Assembly (NCBI GenBank): GCA_040954595.2
Contig: CM082593.2
Span: 9,371,200-9,435,199, forward strand
Origin: Balanoglossus misakiensis
Taxonomy: Eukaryota > Animalia > Hemichordata
Reading direction: 5' to 3'
DNA: 64,000 nucleotides
Position numbers and translations under genes: made by a program. The notes below the pieces were generated by a model, which made no database searches, was not told the DNA's origin, and worked only from the letters and a program-made list of their open reading frames with translations. This document shows positions 48,961 to 61,409 of the stretch, piece after piece; within the stretch, counting starts at the first letter, position 1, and each line of letters begins with the position of its first letter.

Positions 48961-51113
48961 GAAGCAACATCTGCATGATACTATCGAATCAGAGCGCGAG
49001 CTCAAACGGATTAGGAGAGACATCTTGACCGCGTCTCTGAAAAGCCAAAGGTCATTGTTTAAATGATAAAAAGGATTTAGCAAAGTTCACATCAAAATAG
49101 AGGAAAAATATGCACCTATCTATTATGTTGTTGATTGATTCATTCCAAGGTGTACATTAAGAACTGTCCCTCATTTGACTTAATAATCCAAATTACACAA
49201 ACAATAAACGCATAAATTTTATTGTTATTAATGAAAATACTGGTAGAGTTGATAAGCTGAATACTGGACATTTAAGCATATCTCAATTTGCAAATATAGA
49301 ACTGGAAGTGAACATAGTATCAATACCCAAACAACATGAAAATCACGCACCCTTTTTTAAAACTCTAGACCAAGGTAAAATAATTGCCTGAACATTTTTC
49401 ATCAGATCCCTTCTATATTTCCAAACACTTCTTGAACACAAATCCAAAATCCAATGGTCACATAATCTAATCCAAACACACCCTTCAAATAAATCTATGT
49501 CATATAATCCAATCAAAGCACATATTTCAAATACATTTACATCCAACAATTGTGGAATTGGAAAATGTGGAATTGAAAGTCTCTAGAGCTGCCACTTTTT
49601 AGCATTAATTTCCAACTTAAATTAGTCCATCTAAATAAGCTTACTTAGGTATACATGAACACCTTATCGATGCCCGATTATGACTGCATGTTGCAATTTG
49701 AACACTTTTGTATTAAAACGGTGCCGCACCTATTTCATCAGCCTCCATACAAACAGTACGCAGCTATCGTGGTTTGCGTCGCCAAAAGATGACAAACTGA
49801 TGCAAATGCGAGTAATATGGCTTAAGTTGAGGATTTAGAGGATAGGGAATATATTTGAAGTATTTTATTGTTGAAAAATGTGAAATTTGGCAGCTATACA
49901 GGCTTTAATAGACAGGCATTGAAATGACTTTACAAACAAATTTTTCTTGAATGTTTAAGACAGACAGAATCAACCCACAGTCAGCCTCAAATATATAAAC
50001 TATTACAAAATGTTAATTAAATGGAAAATTTTGAAAAAATTTGCTTGGCCACTCATTTGATTGCATTTTTTCCATTTCATATTTTAGGCATGGTATATCA
50101 ATATAATTTGTTGTGTTGTGTATATATTATGCTTGAAAACCAATTGACGGAAATATTAATTTAGAATAATGGTTATATTTTGAGAAATCACAAAGATTTC
50201 TACATCACTCCCACATCATTGGTTGCTTAGCAACAGACATTCACCCTCCAAGCAAATTAATATCCTTTGAGAAGTATCATGTGGAGAGGATCATGCAGTC
50301 ACATAATCTTTGATTTGTACCATCCACCATTTCATTGTAGGCTTTATCATAAAGGTGTTGTTTGGATTTCTGGCAGTTTGTAAGGTGATATGAGAAATGC
50401 ATTCCTTTCTGGCAAAAGACAACAACGTGTACTGCAAATTAATAGCTGGAATCATGATGATGATGATGATGATAATAAATATTATTTTGTTAAAAACAAT
50501 ATTTTGAAAATAACTGTAAAAGAGATCGCCCACCGTCTCTCTCATATACAGGAGTGACGTCGTAAAGACACACAGCTCTGCCCAGCATAGCTCTGGACTT
50601 ATACGCTGTTTGGGTCAACGCTGCTCTCCCTCCCCACAGCTATGGAGCCATCCATAGGAAAATCCGTTGGGTGCGGAGCAAAATGATACGCACCGATTTT
50701 CAAACAATAAACTACATGAACATGTACATAATGTTGTCAGAAATAAAGATCGAACGAAAATTTCACAAATGGGAACCTACTTGACGTGTTTGTCGCCGAA
50801 TCGTAAACGTCGTTAATGCAGCGCCGTAAAACTGGTGACCCTCCCATACAAACATGGACGTTCGCCTTCATTTAAGTCATGTGATCAACACGTGACACGT
50901 GTTTTACTATGCCAAGCAGAGCTACATGGTGCCTGCAATCTGCATGTGGCTAAAACGGCACATATTCTAAGTTGTGCGTTTAATGTATCAGTAGAACAAT
51001 ACCTTCATTTTGCAGCTGTGTTGTTTTCATGTTCGCGGAAAACTTCTTTGCCACCATCGGTTTAAAACTATGAAAGCCAGTTGGGGACATGTACATACGC
51101 AATAAATAAAAAA

Positions 51114-51608
51114 TTATCTCGAGATCTCGAGATAATTCCATTCGTTTTCCTGACTTTTTATTTTTTTATCTCGAGATCTCGAGATAATTCAAGTTCGTTT
51201 TCCTGACTTTTTATTTTTATATCTCGAGATCTCGAGATAATTCCATTCGTTTTCCCGACTTTTTATTTTTTTATCTCGAGATCTCGAGATAATTCAAGTT
51301 CGCTTTCCTGACTTTTTATTTTTTTATCTCGAGATCTCGAGATAATGCTATTCGTTTTCCCGACTTTTTATTTTTTTATCTCGAGATCTCGAGATAATTC
51401 AAGTTCGTTTTCCTGACTTTTTATTTTTTTATCTCGAGATCTCGAGATAATGCTATTCGTTTTCCCGACTTTTTATTTTTTTATCTCGAGATCTCGAGAT
51501 AATTCAAGTTCGTTTTCCTGACTTTTTATTTTTTTTATCTCGAGATCTCGAGATAATGCTATTCGTTTTCCCGACTTTTTATTTTTTTATCTCGAGATCT
51601 CGAGATAA
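51114..51608. repeat. Left subterminal array: 10 copies of the 22-bp palindrome TTATCTCGAGATCTCGAGATAA at ~52-53-bp period
   Basis: Read directly; near-identical linkers of two alternating types. Confidence 0.95.
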
Positions 51609-52047
51609 TTCTCTCGAAAGAGGGCGGTGTGTTGGTAGGGAGACTGTCCAGAGAGGACCATGCATCGATATCGGTCCAGAGAGGGACATGCACCGATATC
51701 GGTACGGAGAATTGGCAAGCAAGCACTCAGTGTATTCAATGGTAGGAGTGATCGTCGGTTTCAGAGCTGCATTCTGCATCGTATCATCAGACTGAGTGCA
51801 TGAGTCTTGGTAATTAGTTGACATTTCAACTTCGTAATATTTATAATTACTAGTTATACGTACTGGGACAAATTACCGAAGTCTTGGCCTGAGATTACTT
51901 TCCAAGTTTGCAAGAAAACTGACTCAGTGGTAAAGTTACTAAACAATTGGTTTCAATATTATACTTTATTCATTATCATTATGCGATAATTCCTTTTATC
52001 TAATGCGACAATTAACATTCCTCCTCTATCGAACAGATAACGTCACC

Positions 52048-54015
52048 ATGGAAAGAGATGATATAATCCGTATCTATTTCAACATGGGCTTCAACTACAG
52101 TGAAATCCTGGCTACTTTAGCTGTCAATCATAACGTTGTCATTAGTATGCGTCATCTTAAAAGATTACTGAAGAAACTCGGACTTTTCAGACGGAAGTAC
52201 CATTCAGACATCAATGAGGTAATAACATTTCTGAGAGAAGAGGTTGACAAATCTGGAAGACTCCACGGCTATCGGTGGATGCATTTAAAGTGTGTCCAGA
52301 GAGGATTGGTTATCGACAGGGAGAGTGTGCGGTTGTTACTCCAGATCATTGACCCCATAGGTGTGGAATTAAGAAAGAGACGTCGTCTACGCCGTCGCCA
52401 GTATGGGGCTCCTGGGCCGAACTATATGTGGCACCTAGATTCGTATGACAAACTTTCCCCTTACGGAATAGCAATCAATGGGTGTATAGACGGGTTTTCC
52501 AGGCGTGTAATTTGGGCTAAAGCTTATCACACCAACAGTGATCCGAAGATTATAGCAGGGTACTTCATCAAAGAAGTTGAAAGTCTGAAATCTTGCCCCC
52601 AAAACATGCGAGCGGATAGAGGCACAGAAAATGGACATGTTGAACAGTTCCAGAAGTTTCTAACAAATGATGACAACTGCTTTTATTATGGCAGCAGTCA
52701 ACTCAACCAACGCATAGAACGATGGTGGGGTACATTTCGCCAACACTGTGGACAGTTTTGGTTGGATCTTTTCTACAAACTAAAGGATGATGGAGTCTTC
52801 AGTGGTGATTATCTTGATAAAGATCTGGTCAGATTTTGCTTCCTGAAAATGATACAGGTAAGAAGAAGAATTTGGGACTTAAAAAATAATTGTCTTTCCT
52901 CAATCTGTTACACTATCACTTATACTGTATATACTTTAAATACTTATACAGAAAATATTGCTAGGATTGATATTATATAGTGAAAACGTACAATACAATA
53001 AAATATAAGAAGTCCCATGTATAAACTGACTAACAATAACCCTACGCTCTTCCAAATGGGAGGAGTATAAAAAAGAACGTTTTTATGTATTGAAAAGAAA
53101 GGACTGCTCACATATTTTGGTTTAAACCTTCAAATACAAAGTAAAAAAGGCTTAAAATGTGCTGTACATGTGTTGATATGTATCATGATGAACAAAAATC
53201 ACAACCTGCAATGCATTGTGTGTGTGATTTAAGACTGTCCTTGTCTACTTATTCCAATTGTCCATTTTATGCACCTCTATCCTGCATGCATATGTTGGAC
53301 AACATTTTAGACTTTCCACTCCTTCGATAAATACCTTACTATTAATCTCGGATCGAATACTGTTGGTGTGATAAGCCTCATCATAAATTACACGCCAGCT
53401 GGTAAACCCGTCTATACACCAATTGATAATCTAATATATGTAAATTGTTATAATTATAATATTTGTAATTTTATTCCATTTGTTTGGTTATATTTCACTT
53501 CAATAAATTAATTTTAGGTGTACCTTCCCGTCTGAAGAGTTCATGTAGATGAGGTGTCACCATGTATGTATCTTTTAGATATCCTATAGTACCTAGGGAC
53601 TATGTTTAACTGATGCATGTATTAAACTGCTAACATTGAACTTCCTCATACATTTTGTGCCTGTCATTTTATAATTCAGGATGAACTGGATGATGCTGTA
53701 ATGGAATGGAATTGTCACAGGATCAGTCGTTCACGTAACGCAGTCTCTCCCATCGGGCGACCTCACATGATGTTCTTTGTCCCGGAGATGTATGGAAGTC
53801 ATGATTTCGGATCAACTGTTTCTCAGGAACAGATTAACACATGCCGAGAGGAATGTGTGTTCAAAGGAGCGTGCCCCTGTGATGAAGATTTATTCGAGTA
53901 CTGTGTCTCATACATGGTCGACAACAATATGCATTTACCTTCTGACCCATATTCTGCTGTGGAATTGTACGTGAATCTCCGAAATTCTATAAAATATGAA
54001 TCCTTATCTGACTAG
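52048..54015 (+). CDS. IS3-family (integrase-like) DDE transposase; join(52048..52857,53680..54015), ~381 aa, intact
   Basis: LHGYRWM, PGPNYMWHLDSYDKL (D), MRADRGTEN (D), NQRIERWW (E), WNCHRI; phase-0 GT-AG intron. Confidence 0.9.
53252..53427 (-). repeat. Degenerate inverted copy of transposase exon 1 (52474-52645) inside the transposase intron
   Basis: Its reverse complement atcaattggtgtatagacgggtttaccagctggcgtgtaattt...gcttatcacaccaacagt...ggatagaggtgcataaaatggaca aligns colinearly to the CDS atcaatgggtgtatagacgggttttccaggcgtgtaattt...gcttatcacaccaacagt...ggatagaggcacagaaaatggaca. Confidence 0.88.
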
Positions 54016-54539
54016 CAAGACCTTACTGTAAAAGGAAATTATTATACATCACCCAAACAACAACAACAATGTCACTTCCATGCAAGGAACTGGATGAATT
54101 AAAGCAAGATATTTGTCAACACAACAAAGTTTTATTAACTTTCAGAACATAATGACAATATTGTTCATCTTCAACACTGAAGTAATATGAAACTATGGCA
54201 CAGACTTTGTGTTAATGTTAGATCTAATTCTGTAAAGTATAATACTGTCACCGCAAATAAAAGCTGAAATACAACAACTTTGTGGCTCAACTGTTTGCAC
54301 CTTAAAACCACATGATGCCCAGGCTTGGTTGTAGATGTAAATATGTAAACAAACAAACAAACATGTTAATAAAGAAACTAAGTATACAGACAATAAGTGA
54401 CAAGTAAAGCACTGATCTTCTTTGGTAGAGTGGAACAGAGACTACTCCTAGTTGTTTGTTTACATTATATGTACACCAATAACCAAGCCTGGTCATCCTG
54501 TGCTTTCACCATTATGTCACACACTGTGTCACATAGTAA

Positions 54540-54745
54540 CTGAATAAGTAACTGAATAACTCCCCACAACAGGCTGAATAAGTAACTGAATAACTCCCCA
54601 CAACAGGCTGAATAAGTAACTGAATAACTCCCCACAACAGGCTGAATAAGTAACTGAATAACTCCCCACAACAGGCTGAATAAGTAACTGAATAACTCCC
54701 CACAACAGGCTGAATAAGTAACTGAATAACTCCCCACAACAGGCT
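54540..54745 (+). repeat. 34-bp minisatellite, ~6 copies, between the IS3EU genes
   Basis: (aggctgaataagtaactgaataactccccacaac)n. Confidence 0.95.
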
Positions 54746-55134
54746 GCAATAACACATCAAGTATTTAGCTTCTCCATATATTAGATAATATGTGTAAACA
54801 TTTAACGTAATCAATGATAAAACAATTTGTAGGAAATATGACAGTAAATGGCAACTGTATGAACATTTAAAGAAAACACTGAAAATAGTGCAAGGTTACA
54901 GGCGCATCCCTTAATGAATCCACATAAATTCACCTCTTCCATGCAGCAAAGAGGTGACTTCTGACACGTCAGGTTCATCATTGACATAATCATTACTTTG
55001 CATACCAAGTGACTTTACACAAGTATTCCCTGTATTCTTTCTATCAATGTAAGCCAAACACAACAATATTGTCCCTTTAATTCATGTAATAACTCACCAT
55101 TGCTGTTCTACCAATGGAAACAATATCAATGGTC

Positions 55135-57622
55135 TCAAATAATATCCATGTCCCAAAAACCACTGTTCAAAACTGCATTGAACTCACTTCTGAATTCTAC
55201 GAAGTTGGCATATGACAATGGCAGTTCAAGCACATTGCCACATGTGTGAGCAACTGGACGACGTTGTAAACCATCAAGTTTAACAAATGACACTTGAATC
55301 GGCTCTGCTGTCATTATGTCACAACCAGTGCAATATCTCAGGAACTTCTTTAGAGTACTTTGTTCAAGTTCACGGATATATCGTTTTAAGTGATTAGCAA
55401 CAGCCCTCTCATCATTATTCAAGCATTCAGCGATTTGAAGATGTTGTAGGACTTTCTTTGTTGTTGGTTTCTTGTCATTATACAGTCTATCCAAGTTCTC
55501 TTTGCCAATTTGTTTGCCTAATGGCTGTAAGATTGGTCGCCAACTATCAATGACAAACATTGGCTCTTGTACTATCTCTTTATGCGCTATTTCGTGCAGA
55601 ATGGATCCAATGTTTTCTTTGGTTGGCAGTCTTTTACAGTCATGTCGGTCTAACACTTCAATTAACTCATCTTCTTCTACTTCTTGAAAGTTCTTCATTG
55701 CAGCTTCAAATACTTCACGGTCCGATTCAGACAGGAAGTGATAATACACTTGAAGTAGACTTGCCTCTTCACACTTCTGGTCTCCAAACATTACTTCTTC
55801 CATGAATGGCTTTGCAAACTCAATAGGGAAGTAATCCATTTCCTTCCAACCCTTCATGATTATTCTTGCTACAGCTTCCCATTTTTCTCTTGGGTAATCA
55901 TGCCTAATGAATGGCACCCGGCAATTCTTTCCAACTGTGCAACATTCATAGAACTCGGACCAAAAACTTGTAAAACAGTCTCTCACAACTCCACTACCAC
56001 TACCACGCTCAATATTACCTCCTGGCATAACCATGGCCACATTGATAGGACATGCCATAATCTTTGGATCTGAGAATTCTGAAATCATGTCATTCAAAAC
56101 ATCACTCCTGTGTATTACAAGTGTTCTAGTCTCCACTGGGTCTTGATCTTCACTGATATGACTGGTAGTGTCTTGGGGCTGGGATTGGCTAACAGGTTCA
56201 TCATTTTCAAAGAACGGCAATGTAGAATCAAGGCTTTCTGCTGAGTTACTATTGGAACCCCGTGATCCAAACTGAACAATGTTTGAATCATTATCACTAA
56301 TCACCAGTGGTTCTGCATCAGAATCGACTGTCTCTAATGTGACTTCAGAACCTACGTCAGGGATGGGTTCAGACTGGAATCTGCTACAACTGGGCATACC
56401 ATGATCATGGTGAACTGTATCTAGGATATGCTTATTGTGGTTTCCTGCACTTGGTACACCTGCATCATTGCTCTCATCAGACAACATATCAATAGATTCC
56501 TGTGGAAGAGCTTGTGACTGTCCCTTGCTTGCTTGTCTCGTCTTTGCCGGTGGAACTGGCACATGCCTATCAAGTCCTGGATCAGGTAGATCAGCATCAC
56601 TGCTGTCATGACAATGACACTGATTCTAATTGTGACTGCTTACTTGTTTGTCTGCTCTTCTTTTTAGGTTTCACTACCTGTTCACAGTCTTTTCTCTTTG
56701 TCATAATGTAGAAGCGGAGCATTCTAAATCCAGTTACTTCATACAATTCGCCAACGGTGCTTGTTTCATCAATTGTTCTTTCTCCTGAATCTCTTATGTC
56801 AACGTGATAACTGTCCATGTCTCCTCGCTGTGATACGCCGTTGGGGAAAAACAAATCTTTTCCTGTAGTCAGGAGATCAGCTTTCGTGCTCGACTTACTT
56901 ACTGATATACACCTTGTTCCACCACCTTTTCTGGCTCGAACTTGCTTGTATTCTTTTTCAATGAAATCAAAATCAAGCCATCCTATTTCAATTTTCCGCT
57001 TTATTTTTGCTGCATGTGTATTACCAAATGGTCTTGGTCTAGTTGAGGCTTGTCCACGATTACCTTTACTTGATTCTCCCTTGTCATCTGATACACTATT
57101 CTGCTTTCCATTTCGAAGGCTAAATTTTTGTCTTATTTTTTTCAGTAGTTCTGACTTCCTGCTCTCTCTGGAACAGTACAAAATAATCTGCGAGAGAAGT
57201 CCACAGCAGCAACTCTGTCCCCATAAGATGTCAAATACTTAGATAACATCTCATCATCCATTAAGAGGATCACCGATGGATCAATCTGAAAATCAATTTA
57301 AAGCACATGGAATCTTAGTGCATGCATATTGGCAGATGGTGCGGGGGGTCTCGCTAAATACATACATACATACATACATACATACATACATACATACATA
57401 CATACATACATACGGGTACATACATACAAACAAACAAACAAACAAAGATGGAAAGACTGTCAATGAATATTTTTCCACCTACTAGCCTTAAAGCTCATTT
57501 AGCCATATTTACATATATGCAACAAGAACTAATAAAAAATTTACCTTTTCCTGTTCAAGTCTGTCAATTTCCTCTTCAGGCACTCTGCGTCGTCTAAGAA
57601 ATTCATATAGTTTTTCTGCCAT
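55135..57622 (-). pseudogene. IS3EU second gene: SAM-like N-terminus, conserved middle domain and C-terminal HECT-like E3 ligase domain; two frameshifts
   Basis: Exon 57622-57545 (MAEKLYEFLRRR...), exon from 57285 (IDPSVILLMDD...YGDRVA), IEIGW...YKQVRARKGGGTR, GSGVVRDCFTSFW, FLRYCTGCD, RRPVAHTCGNVLELP (HECT catalytic Cys motif). Frameshifts near 57180 and 56610. Confidence 0.78.
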
Positions 57623-58189
57623 TTTGTCTGATCTGTTTGCTGAAGTAATATTTTTCTGTAAGGAAAATCAACAACAGTTAAATCAAAACTGATGTACCTA
57701 AAGACAAGCATGAAATAATGCATCAACTTGATTTTATGAACAGTTTGGGAAATTTGAGAATATTATCTCAGAAGGAAAAACTATCTACTTTCTCACCTTG
57801 AATAAAGTTGATATTTCACCAAAAATTACAGTGAAGCAAGAATTTTGTTCAGAATTTTTGGTGAGGAAACTTCTCAATTGTCAACATACATACATACATA
57901 CATACATACATACATACATACATACATACATACATACATACATACATACATACATACATGCATACATACATGCATACATACATACATACATACATACATA
58001 CATACATACATACATACATACATACAATTTAAAATAATTTAGGGAGTGATTAAGACTTCAACTTGGACTCTATTGATAATAATATAACTCTTTGTAATAA
58101 ATGCCATCGGTGCTTAAATCTTCAATATTAAATCAAGTCAATCAATGTGCACAAACATTACACACACACTCATTAATACATAGAGACAG

Positions 58190-58222
<33 letters not shown>

Positions 58223-58568
58223 GTTCCTATTTTGCTTTAATTTTTTTGTTTGAAACTTTCATATCAACTGAAGAGTTGTTGACGTTTGACCTTGGATGTA
58301 CTGAGGTCACCATACACACTCACATTTGTCTGTGTCATAATCACAGACTGAAGCAAAGTAAAATAAATCACAGCAGCTGTACTGATGTTAACATTGCATT
58401 GTTTAATATTCAAGATCAAGTTAAAGTGCATTTATTTATTGGAAGAATCCAGTTATGGCAACTTGATCCTAGGCGATGTAACTATCCGCCCCACACACAA
58501 GTTGAATCATGTATGATATATGTTTCAAACAGCGCGGCATAAGGCCAGAGTTAGCCTCAAGTTGTGAT

Positions 58569-58611
<43 letters not shown>
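57358..58611. repeat. Microsatellite cluster: (TACA)n at ~57358-57427 and ~57885-58026, (CA)n at ~58196-58222, (TA)n at ~58572-58611
   Basis: Read directly. Confidence 0.95.
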
Positions 58612-58613
<2 letters not shown>

Positions 58614-59046
58614 ATGGCATATGTTACATCATGAATCAAAAATCAAGCAAGTTAAGTTGAGTACGAGATACTGACAAGAACGTCTCAGTCAACCTATTGC
58701 ATGCAGCACATTGTCAACGTCGCGTCGATCGTGTTTGGCATGATCATGATGACGCTTGACGTGCAAGGCGACTCAATAGATTGCCACATCACAAACCAGT
58801 ACAAATTGTGCATCGTGTGGTCATGTTACGTGTACGACAAATCTAACGGTTATGAGAAGGAGGTAAAATCTCAACTTACCAACACTCAGTCAGTCTGATA
58901 AGATACGATGCAGCATGTAAGGCAGAATCCGACGAAAAGTCCTGGTACTAGGTCAAGCTAGTAAAAGAACGCCATATTCTCTGTACCGATACACCGCCCT
59001 CTCTGGACAGTCTCCGTACCAATACACCCGCCCTCTTTAGACAAAT

Positions 59047-59219
59047 TTATCTCGAGATCTCGAGATAAAAAAAATAAAAAGTCGGGAAAACGAATTGGAA
59101 TTATCTCGAGATCTCGAGATAAAAAAATAAAAAGTCGGGAAAACGAACTTGAATTATCTCGAGATCTCGAGATAAAAAAATAAAAAGTCAGGAAAACGAA
59201 TAGCATTATCTCGAGATAA
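59047..59219. repeat. Right subterminal array of IS3EU: 3 full palindromes plus one shortened TTATCTCGAGATAA
   Basis: Inverted counterpart of 51114-51608. Confidence 0.95.
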
Positions 59220-59519
59220 TTTTTTATTTATTGCGTATGTACATGTCCCCAACTGGCTTTCATATAAAACCACTGCATCAGGTGAATCTCAATTTTTAAG
59301 AGCGATACTTCAAACATGCAGCACTGTTTACAAATCGGGGTCAAAGGTTATACAAGAATAACCATGTACAGTTGGTATTTTTCGGATGTACCTCTGGCCA
59401 TGGCCTTGGTCTATAAATTGTTCTTGACAACATATATTTTTAAAGATTTTGGTTTACTGAATTACATCTATAGCTTATAGTGATGGCTGTTTACCTAATA
59501 ATTATTTTAACAACGCCAA

Positions 59520-60164
59520 CTTAGCTGGCGCTGGATCGAGGGTACAGGACTATCCTAGGTCAAGGGTCAATCGTGAATGTTTTGGTCGCGAATCAGCTGA
59601 TCTTTTACAACAGCGTGTTACGCCCCTTTTTTAAATTTCTCATGAGTGGAGACGTCAGTGAAAGAACATATTTCGGATAATGGAGCATTCTTGGCAGTGT
59701 TTTCAAAGGGTTTCGCAACCTTTCTACATGGGACGCGGCGGCGCTTGGCAGAACTTTGCGAGGTGGTCGTCATCACAGGTCGCACCGTAGTTGAGAGAGA
59801 GAGCCATGACACTGACAGAGCCGGGTGAGTGATTGAGATCCTGGATCAGTTGCCGTCACTCAGATCACTAGACATTCTCTCTCATTAGGGTGTAGCTACG
59901 GTGTTGCCACGGGACCTACGACGTTTTATCGTGACGTCGGTGTTGCCCCGACCGGCCAGGGAAGTATATCAGATATGATGAGTCCGGTGATGACTTGGCT
60001 TTACGGCAGTCGCTGTGCCTGTAGATAAAGGAAAGGAACAGTACAACGCGCCGCCAGTGTGATTAGCATCGCTTGGAGCAAGACTAGATGACAGACATCG
60101 CCAGGGTCGTTGGCAAGACCTTGGCGGGCAGAGATGTGTGACACAGGTCCTCCTACAGGTAAGC
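59520..60164 (+). other. CpG-rich segment ending in a strong splice donor; possible first exon of a host gene
   Basis: High CpG content relative to the flanks; ACAG|GTAAGC at 60158/60159; no convincing protein. Confidence 0.25.
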
Positions 60165-61227
60165 CAGTCTTAATTCTTTTACATGCTTTTCAGAGTCAGC
60201 TTTTTGAGATGGTGAGATCTCTGTCGTGTGGTTTCTCTGTGTGACCTTTAGCTCTGCATACAGCCGGGAACACACAGACCTGTACGCAGAGCTATGTGAC
60301 CTTCTGAGTCATATAATAATGTCACATTTAGTACTACTATGGAAACACAGCTAGGGGGAGGGTGGAGGGGGGGGGGGTTCTATGCTGGTTTCCCCCATCA
60401 TAGACCCACCCGTGACCCCCACCACAAAAATCTGTAGTGAAACAACAGCCAAACCAGTGCACTATATCACAGTCCCTCTATTACATACTGTGACTGTATA
60501 AGCTAAAAAATAAGACATTCACTTTTTGAAATAAACATTTCTCTGTTAATTATCTCTGAAAGCTTGATATAGGAGAACATTTCGGTTACTTCAATGTCAC
60601 CATTGTTTTCACTACTATCACGTAACAAGCAATTTAAATTACCTTCGCAAAAACAGTATGCTCTATGTTTTTTTGTTAACGCTTTGAGATGTCTGGCTCA
60701 AATCTGCGTGAATGCAAGCTGTCATAACTTTTGTACAAAGTAGTGTCTCATTTTTTTTTAAAGCAACTAGCTTGATTTTTAAAATGAAAAAAACTTCTGA
60801 TATACTAGGAATAGTAGGATTTATTCACTGCTCCAGAAGTTTTCTGAATTACAATGCACTTAACGGGACATTAGCTGTAACTTTTGGCTTTAATTGATGT
60901 ACATATATTTTTGTTCTGAGTATCAATGGGAATTTCTTGTTCTACTCCAAACAGCATGCTAATATACCCATTTATACTTCACTTGTCAACATAGCCCGTG
61001 AATGTGTAATGTTATCATTCACATTTTTTTACTACTGTTACGTAAATATGCAACATGTCTAAAAAATATGTTTTTATAGAATATATTTATTTATTTAGAG
61101 TAAAATGTTTTTGGTGACATTTAAATATTTAGTGGATGGTATTTTATACATCAATTGTGGGTTTCAACATATTGTTGGGAGTAGCACAAGAATCTTAAGT
61201 GGCCACATAGAATTAATTTTCAACCTT

Positions 61228-61404
61228 CAGTAAAACCTGTCAAAACCAAACCCTGTCTAATCTGGAAACCTGTCTATACTGAACACCTTTTCAGTACCTT
61301 CGACATAGAATCACATGTTAAAAGAACCTTTACAAACTGGAAATGTCTGTAAACTGAACAATTTCTTCAGTGCCTTCAGTGTTCGGTTCAGACAGGTTTT
61401 ACTG
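61228..61404. mobile_element. Tc1/pogo-like MITE (related fragment at ~35542-35620)
   Basis: TIR cagtaaaacctgtc ... gacaggttttactg followed by TA. Confidence 0.65.
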
Positions 61405-61409
61405 TATTT

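Larger units (their letters stand above)
51069..59264. mobile_element. IS3EU-type DNA transposon, 8196 bp
   Basis: Perfect TIR of >50 bp, tatgaaagccagttggggacatgtacatacgcaataaataaaaaattatctcgaga; 6-bp TSD TAAAAC at 51063-51068 and 59265-59270; convergent integrase-type transposase and HECT-like genes. Confidence 0.92.

Noticed and set aside
51114-51608. CRISPR-like array of palindromic repeats
   Set aside because: Linkers are near-identical rather than unique spacers, the array is mirrored at the other transposon end, there are no cas genes, and the DNA is eukaryotic.
54465-58042. Repetitive ORFs (LLIQPVVGSYSV..., YIHTYIHT...)
   Set aside because: Translations of the 34-bp minisatellite and TACA microsatellites.
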